From Candidatus Heimdallarchaeota archaeon (GTDB lineage Archaea > Asgardarchaeota > Heimdallarchaeia > Heimdallarchaeales > Heimdallarchaeaceae): a stretch of DNA of 64,000 nucleotides. The translations under genes and the position numbers were made by a program. The stretch is from positions 8,799-72,798 of the forward strand of contig BPTK01000001.1 in the NCBI GenBank assembly GCA_023705905.1. Reading direction: 5' to 3'. The notes under the pieces were generated by a model. It saw only the letters and a program-made list of their open reading frames with translations, had not been told where the DNA came from and made no database searches. Shown here piece after piece: positions 1 to 9,851 of this stretch. Positions within the stretch are counted from its first letter, which is position 1. Each line of letters starts with the position of its first letter.

Positions 1-374
1 TCTGGATCCAAACCTCCTTGAATACATAACTCAGTACAACCTCTTGCCAAAGCTTTTTCCGTTTCTAGTCTTATATCTTCAAGAGAGAGTCTTTTAGACT
101 TGAGGTTGTCTTTGTTATTAGAATAGTTAAATGAACAAAATCTACAGGATCCGATACAATGATTTGAAAAATTAATATTTTGATTAATTACATAGGTGAC
201 TTTATCTCCAACTTGTTGATGTCGCAAATCATCAGCTAAAGCCGTCTGTATCCATAACTCCTTTCCTCGTTTCTTTAGTAATGTAGCTACTTCTTTCATT
301 TCGTCTGTGTTTGATTTACTAAAAGTAGCCAAATCAACTATTTCATCGATTTTAGGGTGAGATAATTTCTTCAT
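1..374 (-). CDS. FO synthase radical-SAM subunit (CofG/CofH family), N-terminal 124 aa; the 3' end runs off the window
   Basis: ATG at 374-372 on the minus strand. Translation MKKLSHPKIDEIVDLATFSKSNTDEMKEV...NFSNHCIGSCRFCSFNYS carries a CxxxCxxC radical-SAM motif. It overlaps the upstream paralog's stop by 23 nt, as in an operon. It is absent from the ORF track because it has no stop in the window. Confidence 0.5.
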   Translation of the reverse strand, partial: MKKLSHPKIDEIVDLATFSKSNTDEMKEVATLLKKRGKELWIQTALADDLRHQQVGDKVTYVINQNINFSNHCIGSCRFCSFNYSNNKDNLKSKRLSLEDIRLETEKALARGCTELCIQGGLDP

Positions 375-1449
375 TCCTATACTTATCCTCAATTATTTTG
401 CGAATTCTTTTGTTTAAATACTTTTCATAAGGAGGGTACACAGGTAGTCTTTGCTTTAACAAGAAGCCTACAGATTCCAAATTTTTTCCCAATTGGCTCT
501 CTTCTTGCCACGTCATATTTGGATTGATATGATCAATCGTTACAGGGGATATTCCACCTAAATCATTTGCACCAAAGTTCAATAGATCTACTATTCTATT
601 CCTATTGAGATTAGGTGGAGCTTGAATATTAACGTTGGAACCCATTATAACGCGTGATAAGGCAATTGCTTGAAGAACATCTTTTTCTTCTGGAGGAGGA
701 TAGTCTTGCATTGGAGTTCCTTTTTGGGGATTGAAATTTTGAATAATGATTTCTTGTATGTGTTGATATTGTTTATTGATAATCTGTAAATGCATTAAAG
801 ATTTTATTCGGTCTTCCTTTGTTTCTCCAATTCCTATCAGCAAACCTGAAGTAAATGGAATATTTAGTTTTCCTGCATTCTCAATGACTTCAAACCTCAA
901 TTTTGGGTTTTTTGTTGGAGAATGGTAATGGGCTTCACCTTCATCTAATAAATGGTCGCTTGAAGATTCTAACATTAAACCGAGGCTGGCATTGTAATCT
1001 TTCAGGGTTTTAAGCTCCTCGAATGTAATTACACCTAGATTTGAATGAGGCAATAGTTTCTCTTCCAAAACAATCTCACAGAACATTTTCACATATTCTA
1101 CAGTTGAATTACATCCGTATTTTCGTAGAAATTCTCTTGCAGTCGCATGTTTTTTTTCTGGTTTCTCTCCTAAAGTTAGAAGAATTTCAGAACAATTGAC
1201 TGATTTTGCTTTTTCTAATAGAGATTTGAAGGAATCAGGAGTAATCCAACTCTTAACATCATCTGAAACGAAACTGCAATAACCACATCGATTTCTACAT
1301 TGATGAGTGATTGGCACAAAAAAATTACGTGAATAAGTTATTGTTTGACCGAATAATTTTCTTGCTTTTTCATTTGCTAAGCTCTGTAACTCCTGAGGTT
1401 CGTTGTTTAACAAAGAAAGATAATGATCAAAACTCATTTTTCGAATCAC
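352..1449 (-). CDS. 7,8-didemethyl-8-hydroxy-5-deazariboflavin (FO) synthase radical-SAM subunit, CofG/CofH family
   Basis: 365 aa with a CRNRCGYCSF (CxxxCxxC) cluster. The TIM-barrel radical-SAM layout and ITYSRNFFVPITHQC are typical of CofG/CofH. It is followed in the same operon by a second radical-SAM paralog. The G versus H assignment cannot be made by eye; by colinearity with fused FbiC this upstream one would be CofG-like. Confidence 0.7.
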   Translation of the reverse strand: MIRKMSFDHYLSLLNNEPQELQSLANEKARKLFGQTITYSRNFFVPITHQCRNRCGYCSFVSDDVKSWITPDSFKSLLEKAKSVNCSEILLTLGEKPEKKHATAREFLRKYGCNSTVEYVKMFCEIVLEEKLLPHSNLGVITFEELKTLKDYNASLGLMLESSSDHLLDEGEAHYHSPTKNPKLRFEVIENAGKLNIPFTSGLLIGIGETKEDRIKSLMHLQIINKQYQHIQEIIIQNFNPQKGTPMQDYPPPEEKDVLQAIALSRVIMGSNVNIQAPPNLNRNRIVDLLNFGANDLGGISPVTIDHINPNMTWQEESQLGKNLESVGFLLKQRLPVYPPYEKYLNKRIRKIIEDKYRNEEIISP

Positions 1450-1455
1450 GTGCCA

Positions 1456-2145
1456 TTATTTTTTATCAGTATTCTTGTTTGGTGTAAGTGTCACTAAAAT
1501 ACCTTTATCCGATTTTGTAATCTCCACCACATCAAACATCAATGCGTCTTGGATATCTTGGACTAATTGATTATTATATAAGTTTAAACCCCCTTTATTT
1601 CCAACAAACACAAAGCGGTAAAAGATATGAAAAACATCAACTAATTTGTTTTTTAATAACTGGGTTATAATTGTTGAGCCACCCTCTACTAAGACGCTAG
1701 ATACAAAATACTTTGTGCTTAGTATTTTCAAAACTGTTTTCATATCCACAAATTTGTGTTCATCTTTTTCTTCAATAAGTTCAACTTTTACGCCCAAATT
1801 TCGTAGTTTACTCCTCTTTTCTTCAGAACTTTCGAGAGATGTAAAAATGATTGTGGGAAACCTATTCTGATCTTGGATGATTCTTGAACCTAAAGGAATT
1901 CGACACTTTGAGTCTAAAACAACTCTAAATGGATGGGGAGATTTAGGCTCGGTATAACGAACAGTTAGAAGAGGGTCATCATTAAGAACTGTGTTAATAC
2001 CTACAAGAATCGCTTCTACTGAATTTCTTAACTTATGTACTCTAATCCAGTCTTCTTTCGTTGATAAAGGAAGAGTACCTTCTTCTGAACCTATTATACC
2101 ATCAAGAGAACTTGCAACATTTATGATTACTTCTGGTATTCCCAT
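1456..2145 (-). CDS. RibD C-terminal-domain reductase (2,5-diamino-6-ribosylamino-4(3H)-pyrimidinone 5'-phosphate reductase, archaeal type)
   Basis: 229 aa with a DHFR-like fold signature (VIINVASSLDGIIG ... LRNSVEAILVGINTVLNDDPLLTV ... VEGGSTI). It sits between the FO synthase genes and an amidohydrolase. It supplies the 5-amino-6-ribitylamino-uracil branch that FO synthesis needs. Confidence 0.6.
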   Translation of the reverse strand: MGIPEVIINVASSLDGIIGSEEGTLPLSTKEDWIRVHKLRNSVEAILVGINTVLNDDPLLTVRYTEPKSPHPFRVVLDSKCRIPLGSRIIQDQNRFPTIIFTSLESSEEKRSKLRNLGVKVELIEEKDEHKFVDMKTVLKILSTKYFVSSVLVEGGSTIITQLLKNKLVDVFHIFYRFVFVGNKGGLNLYNNQLVQDIQDALMFDVVEITKSDKGILVTLTPNKNTDKK

Positions 2146-3278
2146 TTTACTAACCTACCTTTGTACATATGAAAACCTATGTCAGCAGACGTAGCTCGCA
2201 TTGTTAATGCCGTATAGACATCTTTAGAGAATTTAAGATTAGGATTATTTAAATCAAATCCTAGAAAATCACCACTATATCCAATAGACAATTGTCCAAT
2301 TTTACTTTTGGTCATTAATCCTGGATTGACGGTTAAAGCTTTAAGCATATTCTTTGGAGTGACATGTTGGTTGCTTGAGCGAGCATTGTAAAGTGTAAAA
2401 GCCATTAATCTGAAAGGATCAGGATTACAGCAAAAAACATTATCTGTTCCTAGTCCGAGAAGTATTCCTTCGTCAATAATTGCTTCTAAGGGAGGAAAAT
2501 CTAGACCATGATATAAACTAGTAAGAGGGCAACATACAACCCCAACATTGTTTTGTTTCAAAGATTGGAGATCACTCTTATCAGCATAAGTTGCGTGGAT
2601 AACGAAGTCCAAATCTAATTTTTCAAGTGCTATTTTGATATCTCTTTTACCATAGGATGTTAAAGACCGAGAGATAACTTCCAATGATTCTGATACATGA
2701 ATTGCGTTCAGCTGACCAACCGTATTTTCTTTTATAGCATTTGCTTCCTCGCAAAGTACATCATTTAAAGAGAAGATATCGGGGAAACCTATTCCATCAC
2801 TTTGTTTACTAATTGCTGCTAAAGAATCATCATTGTATGGTCGCCCTAGAATCACTCCGCGAATAGGAAAATCAATAAGAGATTCTTTCAGTAAATTGAT
2901 GCCCTGTAAACCCCCTTCCCTAAAATCGACAAAGCTCGTGAAGCCGTTGTTGACTTGCATCTCTAATGAATTTCTAATGCTTGTGATTATTTCTTCAGTT
3001 GTACTGGAACTTAGTTTTTTGTGCTTAACTCCAGTAGATCCCACTGCCTCATCAAGAGTTAATCCATAGGTCTTGTCCTTAATATATGCATCACCAACAT
3101 GAACATGAGCATTTACAAAACCAGGAATCAGAATGTAAGACGATGGTAAAAGGTATTTAGTTGGTTTTTCTTCTTTTGAAACATCGATTATGGTTCCATC
3201 AGTGCCAATTTGAAACCGAACATCTTCAACAAATTCCAAATCTGGACCTACCAAAGCATTGGCGCGAACTGATACCAT
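2127..3278 (-). CDS. metal-dependent amidohydrolase (TRZ/ATZ / SsnA / nucleoside-deaminase-like family)
   Basis: 383 aa with the N-terminal PGFVNAHVHVGDA metal-binding HxH motif and the overall amidohydrolase layout. It overlaps the RibD-C gene by 19 nt. Confidence 0.6.
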   Translation of the reverse strand: MVSVRANALVGPDLEFVEDVRFQIGTDGTIIDVSKEEKPTKYLLPSSYILIPGFVNAHVHVGDAYIKDKTYGLTLDEAVGSTGVKHKKLSSSTTEEIITSIRNSLEMQVNNGFTSFVDFREGGLQGINLLKESLIDFPIRGVILGRPYNDDSLAAISKQSDGIGFPDIFSLNDVLCEEANAIKENTVGQLNAIHVSESLEVISRSLTSYGKRDIKIALEKLDLDFVIHATYADKSDLQSLKQNNVGVVCCPLTSLYHGLDFPPLEAIIDEGILLGLGTDNVFCCNPDPFRLMAFTLYNARSSNQHVTPKNMLKALTVNPGLMTKSKIGQLSIGYSGDFLGFDLNNPNLKFSKDVYTALTMRATSADIGFHMYKGRLVKWEYQK

Positions 3279-3468
3279 ATATCTCTTTTAAAAATTTGTG
3301 AGCAAGTATTAAGATTTTGCGGAAAAATTACAACAGTATGTTTAGCGGAAGATTGCATGCAAAGAGAATAGATTTGTGCACTTAAGTCTTTTAGTTAAAA
3401 AACATAAGAATCACTATATTTATAATTCAACCTTAAAATTTAGCGTCATAGCAGAATGTGTGATAAAG

Positions 3469-5700
3469 ATGGTTCGTGTAAAGAATCCAGATGAAATCCG
3501 CGAGATGATTAAAAATCATCCTATGGACTTGCGTAGAGTGTTCTCTATTGCGGCTCATATTGATCATGGAAAAACAACAACAAGTGATTTTCTCCTGCGT
3601 AAGGCTGGTCTAATGTCAGATGCAGATGCAGGAAAGAAAGTAATGATGGACTCAGATGAAGAAGAGCAAGAAAGAGGTATTACTATCTTCACATCAGTAG
3701 TCCTTTTGAATTATGATTATGAAGACGATGACGGAACTAATCAATCCTATTTGTTTGAAATAAATGATACACCAGGACATATCAGTTTTACAGGGGAAGT
3801 TTCTAGGGCCCTTAGAGGGTCTGATGGAGTTGTTCTTCTAGTAGACGCTCTTGAAGGTGTCATGACACAAACAGAAACTAACATTCGATTAAGTTTAGGT
3901 GAAAAATGTAAACCAGTTTTATTCATTAATAAAGTTGATAGATTAATCTCAGAACTTAGATTAGCACCAGGGGATGTTTTTGATAAAATAGATACCATAG
4001 TTGAGGGAGTTAACAAGCTAATTAGAGAAAATGCTCCTGAAGGTCTTGCCAAGGAATGGCAAGTTTCATTCCCAGCTGGTTCTGTAGCAGTAGGAAGCGC
4101 AAAAGATGGTTGGGCATTTAATATGAGTACTTTACAAAGACTCAAAATCAAACCCCAAGATGTCTTCGCCAAATATGAAGAAAATGATAAACCATGGCTC
4201 AGAGAGAATTTAGCTTTAGAAGAACCTCTTCTAGAGATGGTAATTAAACACCTACCAAACCCAGTTGAAGGTCAAAAAATCAAAATCCCTGCTATTTGGG
4301 GAGGAGATTTAGAAAGTCCAGTAGGTAAAGCATTAATTAATTGTGATAGAGATGGACCATTGCTGGGAATGATAACAAAAATCTTTATTGATCCAAAGTC
4401 AAAAAGGCCAACCCTCATTGGCAGAGTATTTTCTGGTACACTGAGGAAAGCAGATTCATTATATTTACTAGGCAGGAAAAATAAAGTAAGTATTAAGAGA
4501 CTTGGTGTAATGGAAATCACAGACATACTTGATGTTGACGAGGTTCCAGCAGGCAATCTCTTTGCTATTTACGGTTTTATAACACCAGCAGGAGAAACTT
4601 TTGTGAGAGAGGGTGATCAAGGCCAATTAACTCCATTCGAAGAGATTTCTTATGCCTCAGATCCTGTTGTAAGTAGAACTATCAAACCAAAACAACCTCA
4701 AGATATTGCTAAACTAGGTGAAGTAGTATCAAAATGGATTATGGCTGATCCAACTGCTACTTTCAGACATGACGAAGAATCTAAGACTTATGTTTTAGCT
4801 GGAATCGATCCATTACAGATTGAAATTCTTGTTACTAGAATTCAAGAACAAGTTGCAATTGATGTTAGTGATCCCATCATTGTTTATAGAGAAGTACCAT
4901 CTCAATCAGGTATTACCGTTCATGCTAAATCTCCAAATGGTCATAACAGGTTAATGTTACACGTTGAGATACTAGATAAAGAATCAATAGCTTTGTTCAA
5001 ATCTGGAAAAATCCATAATGACATGGATAGAAGAGAAAGAGCAAACCAACTTCAAGCAGAAGCAGGTTGGGAAGCTAAACGAGCAAGAAGAATTTGGTAC
5101 ATTAAAGACACAAACGTAATACTTGATGCAACTTCAGGTGTTCAACGATTGGACAATATTAAAGCATATATTATACAAGTTTTCGATGATTTCTGTAACG
5201 GAGCAACATTAGCGAAAGAACCACTGATGGGTACCAAATGGCTAATTACAGATGCTACAGTTCACGTAGATCCAGCTCATACAGGGTTCACAGAAATTTT
5301 CCAAATGTGTTTAGCAGCATACCATACATCCTTCTTAACAAGTCAACCTCATTTGCTTGAACCAATGCAAATTATTGATATCAAGGTTCCTTCTGATTAT
5401 GTAGGAAATATGTCTAAAGTAATTACACAACATAGAGGAGTAATTCAAGACATGACTCAAGAAGGAGAAAGCACCAACATCAGAGGAAGAATACCAACAG
5501 CTGAAACTATTGATCTTGCAGATGAGATACGAGGTAACAGTTCAGGTAGAGCGTTCTTTGGTTATGTTTTTGATGGGTTTGATCGTGTCCCAGCTAATAT
5601 GGAAAAAGAAATTATCGAAAGTATTCGTGTTCGAAAAGAGCTTTCTCCACAAGTTCCTGAGATATCCAACTGGGAACGTTTCATGTATAAAAGAACATAA
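3469..5700 (+). CDS. elongation factor 2 (EF-2) family GTPase with a degenerate diphthamide loop, possibly a paralog
   Basis: The ORF opens at 3376 but the likely start is the internal M of MVRVKNPDEIREMIKNHPMDLRRVF. The G-domain motifs are intact: AHIDHGKTT (G1), DTPGH (G3) and NKVDR (G4). Domains II-V are recognisable, including the domain V QHRGVIQDM. In domain IV the canonical HRGGGQIIP reads HTGFTEIFQ. Confidence 0.8.
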   Translation: MVRVKNPDEIREMIKNHPMDLRRVFSIAAHIDHGKTTTSDFLLRKAGLMSDADAGKKVMMDSDEEEQERGITIFTSVVLLNYDYEDDDGTNQSYLFEINDTPGHISFTGEVSRALRGSDGVVLLVDALEGVMTQTETNIRLSLGEKCKPVLFINKVDRLISELRLAPGDVFDKIDTIVEGVNKLIRENAPEGLAKEWQVSFPAGSVAVGSAKDGWAFNMSTLQRLKIKPQDVFAKYEENDKPWLRENLALEEPLLEMVIKHLPNPVEGQKIKIPAIWGGDLESPVGKALINCDRDGPLLGMITKIFIDPKSKRPTLIGRVFSGTLRKADSLYLLGRKNKVSIKRLGVMEITDILDVDEVPAGNLFAIYGFITPAGETFVREGDQGQLTPFEEISYASDPVVSRTIKPKQPQDIAKLGEVVSKWIMADPTATFRHDEESKTYVLAGIDPLQIEILVTRIQEQVAIDVSDPIIVYREVPSQSGITVHAKSPNGHNRLMLHVEILDKESIALFKSGKIHNDMDRRERANQLQAEAGWEAKRARRIWYIKDTNVILDATSGVQRLDNIKAYIIQVFDDFCNGATLAKEPLMGTKWLITDATVHVDPAHTGFTEIFQMCLAAYHTSFLTSQPHLLEPMQIIDIKVPSDYVGNMSKVITQHRGVIQDMTQEGESTNIRGRIPTAETIDLADEIRGNSSGRAFFGYVFDGFDRVPANMEKEIIESIRVRKELSPQVPEISNWERFMYKRT

Positions 5701-5745
5701 AATCTTTTTCTCTCTCTTTTTATTTTTATTTTTCAATCTAAAATC
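5701..5745 (+). terminator. T-rich tract downstream of the EF-2 gene, a likely archaeal intrinsic terminator in a convergent-gene gap
   Basis: aatctttttctctctctttttatttttatttttcaatc lies immediately after the stop codon at 5700. Confidence 0.3.
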
Positions 5746-5788
5746 AGTTTGCATATAAAAATAAGGAAAAAGTGATGAAGAAATTTCT

Positions 5789-7318
5789 CTAATCAGTTGT
5801 GTCTCCATCAAACTCAGTAGCAAGTTGTTCATAAAACTGATCTTCTTCAGAAGCTGGATCAACGCCTTCTTCTGTTAGTATTCCTGTCCTGTCATCTTCC
5901 ACCATGTATTCCATATCTTCTAGAATTGGTTCCAATTCCTCTTCTACTCTTGCAGAGAATTTTTCTTGAATAAAACCAATTAGGGAGGTAAATAGTAGGA
6001 TAAAGATTACCAGCGGAATTAAGAGAAGAACTACTCCTTCTGGCTCGAACATCTCAATTGAATTATAAATTGAAGGAGGATATCTTAAGAAGTATAACAA
6101 GATGTCTGGGTTTAAGATAGCATATAGTCCCCCAAGCATTATACCTACTCTGAATATAATCGATATCCCAACATGCATGAGAGTTTTGAAAGGAGTTATG
6201 GCTATAGACGCACCTACTAGTTTATCATCAACTTTTGGATCACTATGAACTAAACCATCATGATATCTTTGTAACCTGGCAGTTAACTTGTCTCGTTGTC
6301 CACCAGGGCGAGCGAAAAGAGAATCTGAAGCTTTTTCCATAAAATAAGTTAGGCCAGCTAAACCAAATTTTCTTCTGATTGAACTACTAGTACCCGTAAT
6401 TGAGCTACCAGATTTCCCATCTCCACTTTCGGATGTTTCTTCTACATCTTCAGCTTCGTCCCTTATTATAGGAGCTGTTTTAGAACCAGTAATTCCTAAG
6501 CGGAAATCTTTCAATCTATCCAAAGCTCTTAGAACTCTTTGTTGCCTACTTTGAGCAGGATTAAGTATCTTCGTCATATAGGATATCTGTAAAGCTATTT
6601 CGAGAAACAGATATGAGGCAAGTGCAATTAGTACTACTTCGTTTGAGATAAGCTCTCCAAAGTTACGTGTGGGGGAAAATGAGAACCCTGATTTGAAGAG
6701 TAACTTAACGCTACCGTAGTAAACTACTAATTGTATGAAAATAAATGCAGCTGTCGCTGAGCGCATATCTGCTCTTAGTAGAAATGCTGTAACAGCTACG
6801 GAAAATAGTATTATAAATAACACTAAAATTGAAGCTCTGTTTGCAGCTTTTAAGGGACCTAAATTGGCGAAATAGTAAACAAATGGAGAGAATAATGCAT
6901 CTATAGTTGATTCACCTACTCCATATAGTTCTGATGCAGTCATCTCACCTGGAGGTGAAACATTGTTGAATAAATCCACTGTGATAAATGCTCTCGCTCC
7001 TAAAAGAATAGCATTTGCATCATCTGCTGAGATAAGGAGAAATATCATCAAAGGAAGAGAGAAAATTACAAGAGCTATATTCTCGAAGAAAATGAATATC
7101 AGTGTTAAGCTATCCAATAGATGTCCATCAGGGAATTTTTCTGCATTTGCAAAGTCGATGAGATCTGCAAATTGAAGTACAACCCAAACAATAACCCCTA
7201 TAGCAACTACTCTTCCAATTACATTTGTAATTGTGGTTTGAATTTTTGCACTGCGGATTCTACGTTGTACTCCTCTGATTCCAAGATCGATAAATTGTGT
7301 GTCTCCTAACGATTCCAT
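5789..7318 (-). CDS. polytopic membrane protein with an acidic C-terminal tail; last gene of MoxR cluster A
   Basis: The ORF runs 5789..7381. The likely start is the internal MESLGDTQF near 7318, which limits overlap with the DUF58 gene. It has many hydrophobic helices and a D/E-rich C-terminus (EEELEPILEDMEYMVEDD...DGDTTD). It has the same position and architecture as 19843..20691 in cluster B. Confidence 0.4.
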   Translation of the reverse strand: MESLGDTQFIDLGIRGVQRRIRSAKIQTTITNVIGRVVAIGVIVWVVLQFADLIDFANAEKFPDGHLLDSLTLIFIFFENIALVIFSLPLMIFLLISADDANAILLGARAFITVDLFNNVSPPGEMTASELYGVGESTIDALFSPFVYYFANLGPLKAANRASILVLFIILFSVAVTAFLLRADMRSATAAFIFIQLVVYYGSVKLLFKSGFSFSPTRNFGELISNEVVLIALASYLFLEIALQISYMTKILNPAQSRQQRVLRALDRLKDFRLGITGSKTAPIIRDEAEDVEETSESGDGKSGSSITGTSSSIRRKFGLAGLTYFMEKASDSLFARPGGQRDKLTARLQRYHDGLVHSDPKVDDKLVGASIAITPFKTLMHVGISIIFRVGIMLGGLYAILNPDILLYFLRYPPSIYNSIEMFEPEGVVLLLIPLVIFILLFTSLIGFIQEKFSARVEEELEPILEDMEYMVEDDRTGILTEEGVDPASEEDQFYEQLATEFDGDTTD

Positions 7319-7325
7319 TTTCTTA

Positions 7326-8780
7326 TCATCCTCGACGTTGCATGCGGTTAAACTGTGACATGACTGTAGGTAAGAAGTCATCTGGACCTACTGAGATAGA
7401 TACCGCATCATATCTTCTTAGAAGTTTGAATAGATTCTGTCGTTCACCTAATTGTTTCTCAACCATAGCATGTCCTACCATCTGTTCTACTGGTGAAAGT
7501 TGATGTGAAACAATTTCAAACCATGGTCCAAAGGGAGAGATAACGGTTATGTTATGCTTCCTTGCTCTGGCTCTTCTGATAGCTTTGATAATTCTTTCAG
7601 GATGAGATTCTAAATCTGAAATTACTACAATATAAGCTGCACGTTTCACTCTTTGTAAGAGGTAATCAATTGCAACTTCCAAATCCGATTCTCCTTGAGG
7701 TTTAGCATGAGCAAGAGACTCTAAAAACTGAAATAGACGAGATCTCACTGAAGTTATATCAACCCAATTCCTTATTTTATCATCATAGATACATAGTCCT
7801 ACAAGATCCTTTTTCTCAAACGCAAGATGTATAAGGAGAACAGCACTTCGGATAGCATACTCTAGTTTAGTGTTTCTTGGTAGTCCTGCTCCCATGCTTA
7901 CAGAAGAATCTACTAACACAATCACACGTATATTCTCTTCAGATTCATATTCTCTAACCATCATCTTTCCTGAACGCGAGAAAGCTTTCCAATCTATGAA
8001 TTTGAAAGGATCACCTGTCTGATATTGTCGTATACCCCAGAAATCTGACCCCATACCTTTTATTTTCGTTCTATGGAAACCAAACAGAACACCTAGTTGT
8101 CGTTTCTTTCCAACCATTTCCAATTTTTTAATATCTTCGTAACTTGGATAAACTAAGATTTCTGTCTTTGTAATTATCTCTCCTTCTGTCGCATAGAATC
8201 CCATTCGATCCCTTATAATCACTTTAGTAGGACCTATCTCAAAAACACCTCTTATTGGTATTCTAACGACATATCCATAAGTTATTGTCTGTCTTGGATT
8301 CAGTTGCGTAACGATAAAGTTTTCACCTAGAATTAGATCGAAAACTTCAGGAATTGCGTCATAGATCTCAACAGTTGGCAACTGATTTACAGATTTATTC
8401 CTAGCAGTTACCTCTATGTATACATAATCTCCTGCGAAAGCTTTGGGTTTTGAAACCTTTCTAGTTATTTCTATAGATTTGGGGTTAGAGCCTAGTCTGT
8501 AAAACGGTAATCCTAACAGAACTGAAAAGATTAACATTACTCCACCGATTATGAAAAACCAGATAAGAGTACCTTGAGTATCAAGATAAAAATGTAAGAA
8601 ATCCATTATACCTATACCTTGATTTCCAGCAAGATCTCCAGTTGTTGTGGAGTTAACTTGGGGGCTTACACCAAATGAATCTAACATGGTGTTTAGAGAT
8701 AAGTAACCCATTAGTGCAAAGCCTACGCTAATCATTATGATTCCACCAAAGACTAGATAACCACCTCGGCGTGTGAACAA
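7326..8780 (-). CDS. DUF58 family protein (vWA-like, MoxR-associated)
   Basis: Two N-terminal TM helices. The DUF58 signature GMGSDFWGIRQYQTGDPFKFIDWKAFSRSGKMMVREYESEE is followed by a MIDAS-like VLVDSSVSMG. It lies directly downstream of the MoxR ATPase with a 28-nt gap. Confidence 0.8.
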   Translation of the reverse strand: MFTRRGGYLVFGGIIMISVGFALMGYLSLNTMLDSFGVSPQVNSTTTGDLAGNQGIGIMDFLHFYLDTQGTLIWFFIIGGVMLIFSVLLGLPFYRLGSNPKSIEITRKVSKPKAFAGDYVYIEVTARNKSVNQLPTVEIYDAIPEVFDLILGENFIVTQLNPRQTITYGYVVRIPIRGVFEIGPTKVIIRDRMGFYATEGEIITKTEILVYPSYEDIKKLEMVGKKRQLGVLFGFHRTKIKGMGSDFWGIRQYQTGDPFKFIDWKAFSRSGKMMVREYESEENIRVIVLVDSSVSMGAGLPRNTKLEYAIRSAVLLIHLAFEKKDLVGLCIYDDKIRNWVDITSVRSRLFQFLESLAHAKPQGESDLEVAIDYLLQRVKRAAYIVVISDLESHPERIIKAIRRARARKHNITVISPFGPWFEIVSHQLSPVEQMVGHAMVEKQLGERQNLFKLLRRYDAVSISVGPDDFLPTVMSQFNRMQRRG

Positions 8781-8808
8781 TATATTACACCTAATTTGTT
8801 TATTTCAT

Positions 8809-9822
8809 TTATACTGGAACGGGTAAGTTTCGAAGTATTTCACCTACAACGATGGTTCCAGTTGTTCCTTCTAATTCAGCTTCTGGTTTCATTTGTAATC
8901 TATGGGCACTTGCGACTCTGGCAACTCTTTTTACATCATCGGGGATAACGTAATCTCTACCTCTCATTGCTGCAACAGATTTAGATGCATTTAGAAGAGC
9001 TATACTGCATCTTGGACTTCCACCCAATGTTAATCTGGGATCGGTTCGAGTTGCTACAACCATATTCTTGATGTATTCAATAATATCGTCATGAACAAAT
9101 ATCTGGGTCTGAACGCACTCTTTCATTTTAGTAATGGTCATAGGAGTTGTTACTCTACGAACTGATTGTTTGATCTGTTTATGTTTCAGAAGTATGATTT
9201 CCTTCTCTTCTTCAGGTGTAGGTAAACCAACTAATAGCTTAAACATAAATCGATCAACTTGAGCTTCGGGTAACGGATAAGTTCCTTCCTGTTCAATCGG
9301 GTTTTGTGTCGCAATTACCAAAAATGGGTCATCCAGTTTAAAGGTAGTTCCTTCTACTGTAACCTGTTTTTCTGCCATAGCTTCTAACAATGCTGCTTGA
9401 GTTTTTGGCGGGCTTCTGTTGATTTCATCAGCCAACAATATATTTGTGAATATTGGCCCTTTTCTCATTTTGAATGTTCCAGCCTTTGGATCATAAATGG
9501 TAGTTCCTACCACATCTGATGGTAATAAATCTGGAGTAAATTGAACTCTTTTGAATTCACATCCAAGAGTTAGAGAAAAACTATTAGCCATTACAGTTTT
9601 TGCAATTCCTGGAACACCTTCTAGTAGACAGTGACCTCCACCAAGTAGAGCGATAAACATATCTTCTAGAACATCAACCTTTCCGATAATTACTCGTCTT
9701 AACTCGCTGTATATTTCTTCCCAGACTCTCTTTACGTCCTTGGGAGTAACAACTGCTTCTGTTGCTGTCTTTGCTTTCGCTTTTCCTTTTGTTTCACTTG
9801 TTTCTTCACTCATTTTTTTCAC
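8809..9822 (-). CDS. MoxR-like AAA+ ATPase
   Basis: 337 aa with Walker A LLEGVPGIAKT and Walker B ILLADEINRSPPKTQ, plus the typical MoxR C-terminal region (GGSPRCSIALLNASKSVAAMRGRDYVIPDDV). Confidence 0.85.
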   Translation of the reverse strand: MKKMSEETSETKGKAKAKTATEAVVTPKDVKRVWEEIYSELRRVIIGKVDVLEDMFIALLGGGHCLLEGVPGIAKTVMANSFSLTLGCEFKRVQFTPDLLPSDVVGTTIYDPKAGTFKMRKGPIFTNILLADEINRSPPKTQAALLEAMAEKQVTVEGTTFKLDDPFLVIATQNPIEQEGTYPLPEAQVDRFMFKLLVGLPTPEEEKEIILLKHKQIKQSVRRVTTPMTITKMKECVQTQIFVHDDIIEYIKNMVVATRTDPRLTLGGSPRCSIALLNASKSVAAMRGRDYVIPDDVKRVARVASAHRLQMKPEAELEGTTGTIVVGEILRNLPVPV

Positions 9823-9851
9823 TTTTCCTTATATCATTTTTTTTTGTAATC

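Noticed and set aside
1646-5862. Embedded short ORFs (1646..1870+, 1991..2194+, 2833..3069+, 3747..4172-, 4272..4556-, 5510..5758+, 5542..5862-)
   Set aside because: They are antisense or out-of-frame within the RibD-C, amidohydrolase and EF-2 genes. 5542..5862 spans the convergent terminator region and has no support.
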